From the NCBI GenBank assembly GCA_934747885.1, contig CAKVHE010000001.1, positions 364,052 to 428,051 of the forward strand: a stretch of DNA of 64,000 nucleotides. Direction: 5' to 3'. Below are positions 9,519 to 19,816 of this stretch, in pieces. How positions within the stretch are numbered: the first letter of the stretch is position 1; every line of letters begins with the position of its first letter. A program made the translations under genes and the position numbers. This DNA comes from an uncultured Clostridia bacterium (GTDB lineage: Bacteria > Bacillota > Clostridia > Christensenellales > UBA1242). Below the pieces are notes generated by a model. It saw only the letters and a list, made by a program, of their open reading frames with translations, was not told the DNA's origin and searched no databases.

Positions 9519-10163
9519 CTATTTGCCCTTACACTTAAATCTAAAAAAAGCATTGCGGAGCTTATTATTCATAAACCTACCACCAAGCAAAGTCTTTATA
9601 TCGGCAAAAACCATTTGCTCTTTGTGCGCCGGAAAAGCCACTTCTATGCGCACCACATCGGAGTAGTCTTGCTTAATAATTGGGTACTCATTATCTCTAA
9701 GATAAGCCCCCACTTTGGCAAAGTCGTTGTAAGTAAACCTAAATTCGTATACCACACACTCGGTCATTGCAAATTTGCCCGCCGCATTAAGCGCTTCTAG
9801 CGCCGAATGATGATAAGTGCGCGTAAGTTTGCCAAGCCCAAGTTCTTTTCCGCCAAAATATCTAACCACCGCGACTATGGTGTTTGTTAAATTCTTTTCA
9901 TTTATTGCTTGCAAAATTGGCATACCGGCACTACCACCTGGCTCGCCGTCATCATTATTTTTGCATATTTGCTTGTTTTGTCCCAAAACATAAGCGTAGC
10001 AAATATGCGTTGCGCCCACATGTGCCTTTCTTAGTTCTTGCAAAAATTCCGCAATCTGCTCTTCGGTTTTAACAAACTTGGCGTACGCAATAAAGCGAGA
10101 TTTTTTTTCTTCTATCTCTCGCGCAGTATCTTCAGCAATAATATAAAAAGAATGTTCTTGCAT
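9519..10163 (-). CDS. yigZ: YigZ / IMPACT family protein
   Basis: The motifs KKSRFIAYAKFV, ATHICYAY and DDGEPGGSAGMPIL are present. The start is taken at MQEHSF (ATG 10163), which has a GGAAGGA RBS. Confidence 0.75.
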   Translation of the reverse strand: MQEHSFYIIAEDTAREIEEKKSRFIAYAKFVKTEEQIAEFLQELRKAHVGATHICYAYVLGQNKQICKNNDDGEPGGSAGMPILQAINEKNLTNTIVAVVRYFGGKELGLGKLTRTYHHSALEALNAAGKFAMTECVVYEFRFTYNDFAKVGAYLRDNEYPIIKQDYSDVVRIEVAFPAHKEQMVFADIKTLLGGRFMNNKLRNAFFRFKCKGK

Positions 10164-10286
10164 TTTCCTTCCCGCTTTTTGTATTTGTTTTAATATATCA
10201 CAAAAAAGCAAATATGGCAAACAAAATCGTTTTTACTTTTACTTTCAGTATGGTATAATTTAAATATAATTACCATAAGGAGATAA

Positions 10287-11582
<1,296 letters not shown>

Positions 11583-11588
11583 AAAAGT

Positions 11589-11616
11589 TCGCCCCACAAA
11601 AGTGGGGCGATTTTTT
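11589..11616 (+). terminator. Intrinsic terminator of eno
   Basis: The stem is tcgccccac/gtggggcga with an aaaa loop, followed by a T6 run. Confidence 0.8.
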
Positions 11617-11701
11617 AAGTCAAATTTTTTTATTTCGTCAAAGCACTATAATTACCATATAGCATAAGCCAACTTATCTGCACACTACTACTTACACAAC
11701 A

Positions 11702-11733
11702 TAAAAAAAGAGATGTGATAAATTCACATCTCT
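11702..11733 (-). terminator. Intrinsic terminator about 200 nt downstream of the 16S 3' end
   Basis: The stem is agagatgtga/tcacatctct (11709-11718 and 11724-11733). On the minus strand it is followed by T7 (the A-run at 11703-11709 on plus). On the plus strand only TTTT follows. Confidence 0.6.
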
Positions 11734-11929
11734 TTTAACTTGACTAAATAACTTGAATTGATAGGCAAAACTGTTCTTGCACTAAATTTGTTCTGTGTGT
11801 TTACTGTCCACAGAACGCCTTTGTCGGTTAACAAAGTTACAGTCTAAAATCATATTTGTAAAACAAATACGTCGACAAGTGATTGTTTCTCGATACTTAA
11901 TAAATCAAGCCGTACAAAACAAATCCTTT

Positions 11930-13455
<1,526 letters not shown>

Positions 13456-13682
13456 AGTTTTATCTTAAAAATTTATTCTAACTAAATCCGAACTTTATTA
13501 CTGACGTAATAAGTTGTATTTTGCTAAAAATTGAAATTGTGTGAATTTAATCACAATTGACAAGAACACATTCACTTGTTTAATATACACTAAACACGAA
13601 TCTTGTTTTAAAACCTATCAATTCAAATTATTCAGTTGTCAAGTTTCGTCTGTTGTTATCGTCTATCGGCGACAACAGCAAT

Positions 13683-13711
13683 ATTCTATCACCTATAGCA
13701 AATTTTGTCAA
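13683..13711 (-). promoter_or_regulatory. Consensus sigma-A promoter for the 16S gene
   Basis: On the minus strand the layout is TTGACA (13711-13706), N17, TAGAAT (13688-13683). This lies about 225 nt upstream of the mature 5' end. Confidence 0.6.
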
Positions 13712-13872
13712 CACCTTTTTAAAAAAATTTTCAAAAATTTTTACATTTTTTTCGCGAGGTGCCACAAAGCCTTTATTTTCCATAGGTTCAGGCACTTTTT
13801 GAGTTGCAAATTTTATCGCACTTTGTCGAAAAGCGCATAAATTTTGCTATCAAAAAGATAATACTTTACAAA

Positions 13873-14379
13873 TTACTCGTCGTCGTCTTCATCATCGGCG
13901 TAATCGTCTTCGTCGTCCTCTTCGTCGTTATAATCGTCGTCCAAAAAGTCCTCTTCGTTTACGTCATAATTAAAGTCGTCGTCTAGTGGATCGTGCTCAT
14001 CACCATTGTCGTCTTCTTCGTCTTCCTCATCTTCTTTTGCTTCAAGATCAGAGAACGATACAAGTTCAACATCGTCATCCAAGGCTGGTTCGTCATCTTG
14101 CCAGTCGTCTTCCGGTGTGGCTTCGGCGTCGTTAATTGGTTCAGACGATTCGTCGTCTTCTACCGATTTTGCTTTGGCGCACTCTTCACACATTGTTTGT
14201 TCGCTGGTAATAAAGTTTTGACCGCACACTGGGCAAAGTTCAAACTCATCTTCTAGCGCGCTGGCTTCGCCACTTAGTCTAAGTTCCGCCAAACAAACGG
14301 GGCAATATTCTTCATTTGCCTTAATATAGTTGAGTTCACATCTTGGGCATTTTTTAAATTTTGGTTTTCCTTTATCCAT
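13873..14379 (-). CDS. Double zinc-ribbon protein with a hyperacidic C-terminal tail
   Basis: A 168 aa product. The cysteine pairs are CPRC..CPVC and CPVC..CEEC. The C-terminal ~100 aa are almost entirely Asp/Glu (EDEEDEEDDNGDEHDPLDDD...DEEDDEDDYADDEDDDE). A GGAGA RBS is present. Confidence 0.7.
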   Translation of the reverse strand: MDKGKPKFKKCPRCELNYIKANEEYCPVCLAELRLSGEASALEDEFELCPVCGQNFITSEQTMCEECAKAKSVEDDESSEPINDAEATPEDDWQDDEPALDDDVELVSFSDLEAKEDEEDEEDDNGDEHDPLDDDFNYDVNEEDFLDDDYNDEEDDEDDYADDEDDDE

Positions 14380-14503
14380 TAAAGAAATCTCCTACTTATA
14401 AATATGCTGGCAGTCACTAAAATAGCAACTGCCAACAATTATATCCATAATAGCAAAAGATGCAACCCTTTTTTTATATTTTATTTAATTTTTTATACGG
14501 GTT

Positions 14504-15250
14504 TTATGCATGTCTTGGTTGACCAAGCAACATTTTGTCTGCGACCAAAGCAATAAACTCCCCATTAGTTGGTTTTTCGTTGGTATCGTACACCCTAAGG
14601 CCAAACACATCATTGATGTTTTCTATCTTGCCTTTGTTCCAAGCAACCTCAATTGCGTGACGGATAGCGCGTTCAACTTTGCTAGCGCTAGTTTGATACA
14701 TTTCAGCAATACTTGGATACAGCCTTTTTGTAATTGAGTTAATAATGTGTGGATCATCTACCGCCATTTTTATGGCATCACGCAAAAAGTAATAGCCTTT
14801 TATATGTGCCGGAATGCCTACGGTAATAAATATATTGGTAATTTTTTCGTCTAACCTAGTTGGAGTAGACTCACCAATTCCCTTTTCTTTGTAAACCTCT
14901 TCAATTCTTCTTGCAAGCACATCAGCCATGGTTGGTTTTAACATATAGTAGTTGGCGCCGACGTTAACCGCCTTGCCTACGGTGGCAGGATCACTGAGGC
15001 TAGAAAGCATTACAAATTTGACATCACGTTTTGCTTCTTTAATCTTATTTATAATCTCAAAGCCGTCAATAGATTTAATAACACATTCTAAGACGACAAC
15101 ATCCACCTCACTTTTTAGTATTTTTTCGAGAGCGACGATACCGTCGTCTTCGCGTCCAATGACATCAATACCCTCCAATTTGCTCAATTCGCGTGATAGT
15201 TTTTCGGTTTCCTCTTGTGTGTCGATTAGAAATGTTTTAATTTTGTTCAT
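14504..15250 (-). CDS. spo0A: Sporulation master regulator Spo0A with an atypical receiver (Glu at the phospho-acceptor position)
   Basis: The C-terminal domain carries GIPAHIKGYYFLRDAI and SKVERAIRHAIEVAWNKG, the Spo0A signature. The start is taken at MNKIK (ATG 15250) after GGAGGA. The receiver reads DVVVLECVIKSIDG where B. subtilis has DVLVLDIIMPHLDG. Confidence 0.9.
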   Translation of the reverse strand: MNKIKTFLIDTQEETEKLSRELSKLEGIDVIGREDDGIVALEKILKSEVDVVVLECVIKSIDGFEIINKIKEAKRDVKFVMLSSLSDPATVGKAVNVGANYYMLKPTMADVLARRIEEVYKEKGIGESTPTRLDEKITNIFITVGIPAHIKGYYFLRDAIKMAVDDPHIINSITKRLYPSIAEMYQTSASKVERAIRHAIEVAWNKGKIENINDVFGLRVYDTNEKPTNGEFIALVADKMLLGQPRHA

Positions 15251-15270
15251 AATTTCCTCCTGGTGTACAA

Positions 15271-15299
15271 ATGATATCACCAAGAGCCCTATAAGTAAA
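15271..15299 (-). promoter_or_regulatory. Candidate sigma-A promoter of spo0A
   Basis: On the minus strand the layout is TTTACT (15299-15294), N17, TATCAT (15276-15271). This lies about 20 nt upstream of the spo0A ATG. Confidence 0.35.
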
Positions 15300-15460
15300 A
15301 TGCGAAAAAGTGCGAAAAACGTAAAATCGGTGTAAATTTATGTCGTTTAGTGCTTTTTACCCCGCTTTTTTGCATTTAAACGGCATCTGGTACGATTTTT
15401 TTGCGATTTTTTTACTATTTTGGAGCAATGAATACCAGTTAAAAAGATAGTAAAAAATCC

Positions 15461-15467
15461 TGTCGAA
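15461..15467. promoter_or_regulatory. Perfect 0A-box heptamer (TGTCGAA) upstream of spo0A
   Basis: An exact TGTCGAA lies about 210 nt upstream of the spo0A start. A 7-mer is expected several times by chance in 64 kb, so the call rests on position only. Confidence 0.3.
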
Positions 15468-15540
15468 GCCCACCCAACTATTCGCAAAATGCATATTTGG
15501 GCGCTTGCATCTACTGGGTTTTTGCGAACAGTTGCATATT

Positions 15541-15655
15541 TGTTCCGACTCTCTGCCGAGCCGCACGGCACTATTGTCTTGTTCCGGCTCTCTGCCGAAC
15601 CGCCGGCACTACTATCTTGTTCCGGCTCTCTGCCGAACCGCCGGCACTACTATAC
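15541..15655. repeat. 3 x 38-39 bp tandem repeat, each unit holding an imperfect hairpin
   Basis: Unit starts are 15541, 15580 and 15618. The unit consensus is gttccggctctctgccgaaccgccggcactactatctt. The hairpin is gttc(c)ggc-tctct-gccgaac. The units abut with no spacers. Confidence 0.9.
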
Positions 15656-15869
15656 GCACTTTTGTTATCTTTTTGGCTAAAATATTCAAAGCAGAACGCG
15701 GATGTAAAAATACTATCCGCACCTGCTTTAAAAATTTTATCTCAAAAATCTTAACAAAATTGCTCACGAGAGAGTTCTTAGTCTTTTTAGTATTTACATA
15801 AGTATATTATATAAGATGATATGTATCCTTAAAGCGAAGCGGGAAAACTCTATTAAGGTTCCTTAGAAG

Positions 15870-16128
15870 TCACCGCAAAAACGGAACTTGCTTCCGTTTT
15901 TCGTTTGGCGGTGAGAAGCGCGGAACCCAACCATAAAATGAAGCCCTACAAACATTTTGTTTGTGGGGCAAATTAAGAGGTTGAGGTGTAGCGCACAAGC
16001 CGCGACAAAACAGCACCCCGAATGGAGTGCTGTTTTCGTTTGGTCGCGAGAAGCGCGGAAACTGACCGCTAAGCGTAGTTTTGCAGTGACTACTGCAAAA
16101 TGAGCCACTAGGTCAAGTCGTAGCGCAC
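15870..16128. repeat. Two tandem ~133 nt structured units (candidate structured RNA or DNA element)
   Basis: Unit A spans 15870-15996 and unit B spans 16001-16128. Both have an outer stem, an inner stem, a conserved 6 nt bulge cgtttg, the conserved motif gagaagcgcggaa, a third hairpin and the conserved motif gtagcgcac. All three stems differ in sequence between the units but keep their pairing. Confidence 0.6.
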
Positions 16129-16162
16129 GATTGATGTGAAGCGCACAAATTTGAGCGCGCCA

Positions 16163-16996
16163 TCACATTATCTTAAACTTATTTGCTTTTTTTAGTTTTT
16201 GTTCTTCGGTTAGTTTGGCTTTTGGCGTAGCGATAACTGAGCCAATAACAATATCTCTTGCGCGCAAACTGCCGTCCGGTACCACCACCTTACCGCCAAA
16301 CACTTGTGCGTAGCGATCTTCAAGTGAACTGGTTATAAAAGGCACCGAGGTTTCGGTTGATGCCGAAACGGTTGGCAAAATGGAGTTATATTCATTTAAT
16401 TCATATTTAGGCGAAGGCACTTCGGTTTCGGCAGGTGCCGTTTGGGTTTTTTCGCCTTTGCGGGCGCGTAAAAACGCCTCAAATTCGTCCTCGTCGCCGT
16501 CATCGTCCATCAAATCGTTGTCATCAAACAAACTAATTGGTGGCATATTGATGTCTTCAAAAGGTTTGGCGCCAATAGGACTAGTCATTTTTTGCTTGCT
16601 TGTGCTTGCAGACGTGGCAAACGATTTGGCGCGTTCTTCGGGCGAAAGTAGCGGACTATTTTTTGGAACCTCTATGTTATTCTTTTCAAAATCTGCCTTG
16701 GTAATTTTGCTAACTTTTTCGCTGGTTGCTTTGGCAGATTTGTCTTCTGCCGTAGCAGCGGGTTCTTCTTTTTTATCCGCCGCTTTTTCTTCTGGTTTGC
16801 GCTTTTTAAATAGTGGCTTAAACTTTGGACTGTTTGGAATAAATTCCTTTTCTTTTTCGGTTTTTGATGCCTCTTTTGGTTTTTTGCTTTTAAAAATATT
16901 TTTTAAATTTTTAAACTTAAACCCGCTAATGGACAACACCACCCAAACAATAAACAAAATGGCAACGGCAATTAAAATAGGTTTTAACATTTCCAT
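16163..16996 (-). CDS. Membrane-anchored, Lys/Glu/Pro-rich disordered protein (hypothetical)
   Basis: A 277 aa product with an N-terminal TM (ILIAVAILFIVWVVLSI) followed by low-complexity sequence. It lies directly downstream of floA. Confidence 0.55.
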   Translation of the reverse strand: MEMLKPILIAVAILFIVWVVLSISGFKFKNLKNIFKSKKPKEASKTEKEKEFIPNSPKFKPLFKKRKPEEKAADKKEEPAATAEDKSAKATSEKVSKITKADFEKNNIEVPKNSPLLSPEERAKSFATSASTSKQKMTSPIGAKPFEDINMPPISLFDDNDLMDDDGDEDEFEAFLRARKGEKTQTAPAETEVPSPKYELNEYNSILPTVSASTETSVPFITSSLEDRYAQVFGGKVVVPDGSLRARDIVIGSVIATPKAKLTEEQKLKKANKFKIM

Positions 16997-17004
16997 ATTT
17001 TCAC

Positions 17005-18057
17005 CTACAAATCAAACGGATTGCACGGCTTTTTGTTTGTTGCCGGTTCCGGTTTGGCTTCCATACTCTTTGCCAAGCTGTTGCGCATATTGGTGTCAGC
17101 CTGAATGTTTTGCAAATCCATATAATCTTTTGCAGAAATTTTGCCTTCCTCAATGGCTTTTGCAAGCGCTTTTGGGACTTCTGCCTCGCACTCAATAACT
17201 TTTACCTTGGCAAGTTCGTAGCGAGCTTTATTTTCTTGTTCTTCGGCACTGGCACGGGCTTTGCGCTCTTCGTTTTTGGCTATTTCTATTTTTTTGGTTG
17301 CTTCGGCGTGATCAATGTTTTGCAAGATGGCATAGTTGGTGCCAATTGCCATATCAAAAATATCTATAGATAAAATATCATAGGCGCTACCATTATCGTA
17401 ACCCTTAGATTCCAACAACGAAGACACGACATCAGGGTTTTCCATAACGGCACTATGGCTAACTGCGCTACCGATAACCGAAGATAAGCCTTCGGACACG
17501 CGGGCAAGAATGGTATCCACGCCCGAGCCACCAAGCATACGCCTAATGTTTGCTTTTAGGGTTACGCTAGCACGAGCCTTAACCTCCACCCCGTTTTTGG
17601 CAATTGAACTAACGGTGGGCGTTTCAACCACAATTGGCACAATAGCGCTTTGCACGCATTCGCACACATTTTTGCCGGCAAGATTAAATGCCATTGCCGA
17701 TTGAAGGGACAAGTCTATACCTGCATTTTGCGCTGAGATAAGCGCCTTTACCACCTGCTCCACATTGCCACCGGCAAGCAAAAAACTTTCTAGTTCGTCT
17801 AGATTTAAATTTAGTCCGGCGCGCACTGCCGAAATATATGGTACCACCAACTTTGCGGGGTCGATTTTTTTCATTTTTAAAGAAATAAGTCGGCCTATTT
17901 CGATATTAACACCCGAGGCTTTTGCTCTAAGCCAAAGTTTGGTTGGAAAGACACAAAAAAAGACAACAACTGCTATACACACAATTGCCAAAATAAGTGA
18001 CAAAAGTACAATTAAGGTAATTGCCCCAACTGATAATTTTAGTAGCATTGCTGTCAT
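17005..18057 (-). CDS. floA: Flotillin-like protein FloA (UPF0365/YqfA family)
   Basis: An N-terminal TM is followed by WLRAKASGVNIEIGRLISLKMKKI, LAGGNVEQVVKALISAQNAGIDL and a C-terminal coiled coil. The start is taken at MTAMLL (ATG 18057) after GGGGGA. Confidence 0.8.
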   Translation of the reverse strand: MTAMLLKLSVGAITLIVLLSLILAIVCIAVVVFFCVFPTKLWLRAKASGVNIEIGRLISLKMKKIDPAKLVVPYISAVRAGLNLNLDELESFLLAGGNVEQVVKALISAQNAGIDLSLQSAMAFNLAGKNVCECVQSAIVPIVVETPTVSSIAKNGVEVKARASVTLKANIRRMLGGSGVDTILARVSEGLSSVIGSAVSHSAVMENPDVVSSLLESKGYDNGSAYDILSIDIFDMAIGTNYAILQNIDHAEATKKIEIAKNEERKARASAEEQENKARYELAKVKVIECEAEVPKALAKAIEEGKISAKDYMDLQNIQADTNMRNSLAKSMEAKPEPATNKKPCNPFDL

Positions 18058-18274
18058 TCTTTCCCCCAAAAATGATTAACAATATAATAACGCATTTTGG
18101 CAAAATTGTCAATAGGCACCCAAATAATAAAAAGAGTAGGAAGTTGCATACTCCTACTCTTTAACAAAGGGCATAGGAAGCAAAAAATTTGGGGGACTAT
18201 TACTTCCTACGCTCTAATTATATAACAAAACCAAAAATAGTGTCAACTAAATTTTGAGGCAATATCAAATTTAT

Positions 18275-19105
18275 TTATTTTTTTTGTATTGCCTTGTAAT
18301 AATACAAATATTGTTGAGCATAACCGCTAAGCGCACCAAATTTTTCTACCAGTTTTTGACTGGCTTTTTCCGGCGTTAAAGTTTCGCCCAAAAGTTCCAC
18401 CGACAGCCTATGCATCCACACATCCACCGGAAAAACTTCGCGCTTGTTCATTCCAAAAAGCATTATACAATCTGCCACTTTGGGGCCAATTCCCGCAAAC
18501 TCAATTAGTTTGGGTTTGAGTTCGGCCGGCGTCATATTTTTGTAGTCCAAACTATCAAACTTTTCTATCTGTTTGCCAAACTTAAAAAGATAATCGGCGC
18601 GATACCCTGCCCCTAGTTCGGCAAATTCTTCCTTTGAAATTTGCGCAAACTGCTCGCGCGTTGGAAAGGCAAAGTAGTCACCCATATTGGTGCCGTATCT
18701 CTCGCAAAGTTTGGACAAAATGAGTTTTATGCGCTTTATATTGTTGTTCTGCGAAATAATAAACTCCACTGCCGTTTCAAACGGGTCTTGTTTGGCAAGT
18801 CTAATACCACCACCAATACTAATGGCCTCACGCAAACTTTGGTGCTTGTTTAAAAGCGTCTTTATTTGGGAATAATTAGTGCTAAGGTCAAAGTAGTCCA
18901 CAAAGTACTGTGGATTTGCCGTATAAATTGCGTATCCATCCGCCGTTTCGGCAATAGTTGCCTTGTAGTTTTTGGAATAAACGACATAGCGCCCGTCATC
19001 AGTTTTTGCAAACCTAAACATCTGTCCGCATTCTAGCGTTTGTTTGGGGCTAAAATCGGTTTTATTTGCCACACTAATGCCCCAATCTTCAATTTTGTAT
19101 TTCAT
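18275..19105 (-). CDS. ogg: 8-oxoguanine DNA glycosylase / DNA lyase (Ogg1 type, HhH-GPD)
   Basis: The N-terminal domain contains CGQMFRF. The HhH-GPD segment GIGPKVADCIMLFGMNKREVFPVDVWMHRL matches Ogg1 GVGTKVADCICL...VPVDVHM. The start is taken at MKYKIEDW (ATG 19105). Confidence 0.8.
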   Translation of the reverse strand: MKYKIEDWGISVANKTDFSPKQTLECGQMFRFAKTDDGRYVVYSKNYKATIAETADGYAIYTANPQYFVDYFDLSTNYSQIKTLLNKHQSLREAISIGGGIRLAKQDPFETAVEFIISQNNNIKRIKLILSKLCERYGTNMGDYFAFPTREQFAQISKEEFAELGAGYRADYLFKFGKQIEKFDSLDYKNMTPAELKPKLIEFAGIGPKVADCIMLFGMNKREVFPVDVWMHRLSVELLGETLTPEKASQKLVEKFGALSGYAQQYLYYYKAIQKK

Positions 19106-19184
19106 AACCAAATTATACCAAATTTGCAGGTTTGGGTCAATACAAAAACTAGACATTGGCACCCTATTTGTGTATAATATTATT
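19106..19184. promoter_or_regulatory. Back-to-back divergent promoters, both placed for leaderless mRNAs
   Basis: On the minus strand the layout is TTGACC (19140-19135), N17, TATAAT (19117-19112), 6 nt, then ATG 19105. On the plus strand it is TAGACA (19150-19155), N17, TATAAT (19173-19178), 6 nt, then ATG 19185. Neither side has an SD. Confidence 0.5.
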
Positions 19185-19799
19185 ATGTTTTTATTTAGTG
19201 TATATAACAAATTTAAAAAACGCAAATGGTCAAAACTTGACAACGCGCAAAAAATAAAAGTACTAGAAAAGGTTGAAAAAAAATTTGCAAAAAAACTTGG
19301 ACGGCAAATTTTGCCTTTGCATATTGTGTATGACCCAAACTGGCAATGCTATGGTATGTTTGAAAATGTAAATGGAAAATCCATCTTGCATTTAAACTCC
19401 AATTTGCTAGATGACGACGACTTGCGTTTTCACGCGTTAGAAACCATAATTCATGAAGGGCGACACGCCTATCAGCACGAAGTTATTACAAAAAAGCGTT
19501 TGGGCTTTTTTAACTTTAAAGCACGCGCCTGGAAGCAAAACTATCAGGGCTATACCCGTTCGGCGGAAGACCGCGCACTATACAGTATGCAACCAATTGA
19601 GCGCGACGCTCAAAAATATACCATAAAACAAATGCAAAAGTTTGAATATCGTTTTAAAAATGACGAAGACTACAAACGCACCATGCATCAACTGGTTCAC
19701 CGCTACGACAAGTCGGAACAAGAATTAAAAGAAAAGCACGGACTTTTTTACCGTCGCTACATAAAAAAACGTATGAATGAAAAAGCAAAAGACTACTAA
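19185..19799 (+). CDS. Putative zinc metalloprotease-like protein (HExxH)
   Basis: About 204 aa counted from MFLFSV. The motif is ETIIHEGRHAYQHEV. I recognise no specific family. Confidence 0.45.
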   Translation: MFLFSVYNKFKKRKWSKLDNAQKIKVLEKVEKKFAKKLGRQILPLHIVYDPNWQCYGMFENVNGKSILHLNSNLLDDDDLRFHALETIIHEGRHAYQHEVITKKRLGFFNFKARAWKQNYQGYTRSAEDRALYSMQPIERDAQKYTIKQMQKFEYRFKNDEDYKRTMHQLVHRYDKSEQELKEKHGLFYRRYIKKRMNEKAKDY

Positions 19800-19816
19800 T
19801 CTTTTGCTTTTATTTT

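Noticed and set aside
13540-13586. A TGTGA-N6-TCACA palindrome (13540-13555, CRP/FNR- or Rex-like) and a plus-strand TTGACA-N18-TAATAT (13557-13586).
   Set aside because: Both lie inside the transcribed 16S leader. The palindrome may simply be a leader RNA hairpin or processing stem. The plus-strand promoter-like site has no plus-strand gene to serve. The sequence alone cannot distinguish these possibilities.
13824-13830. A second exact 0A box (TGTCGAA), about 115 nt upstream of the 16S promoter.
   Set aside because: A 7-mer is expected several times by chance in 64 kb on two strands, and no supporting context is present.
15541-15655. A possible mini-CRISPR array built from the 38 bp repeats.
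   Set aside because: The units abut directly with no spacers. There are only three copies, and no cas genes or leader are present. It is a plain tandem repeat.
15347-15801. Overlapping ORFs of 63-98 aa on both strands (for example 15489-15680, with the repeated peptide LFRLSAEP).
   Set aside because: They are generated by the tandem DNA repeat being read in three frames. They have no RBS and overlap one another, so they are not credible genes.
15870-16128. Integron attC sites or a retron msr/msd as explanations for the bulged hairpin units.
   Set aside because: No RYYYAAC/GTTRRRY core sites are present. No intI or reverse transcriptase gene lies anywhere in the window. The units are kept as unclassified structured repeats.
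16380-17198. A 272 aa plus-strand ORF.
   Set aside because: It is antisense to the Lys/Glu-rich gene 16163-16996 and to the end of floA. It is a Ser/Leu low-complexity mirror product without an RBS.
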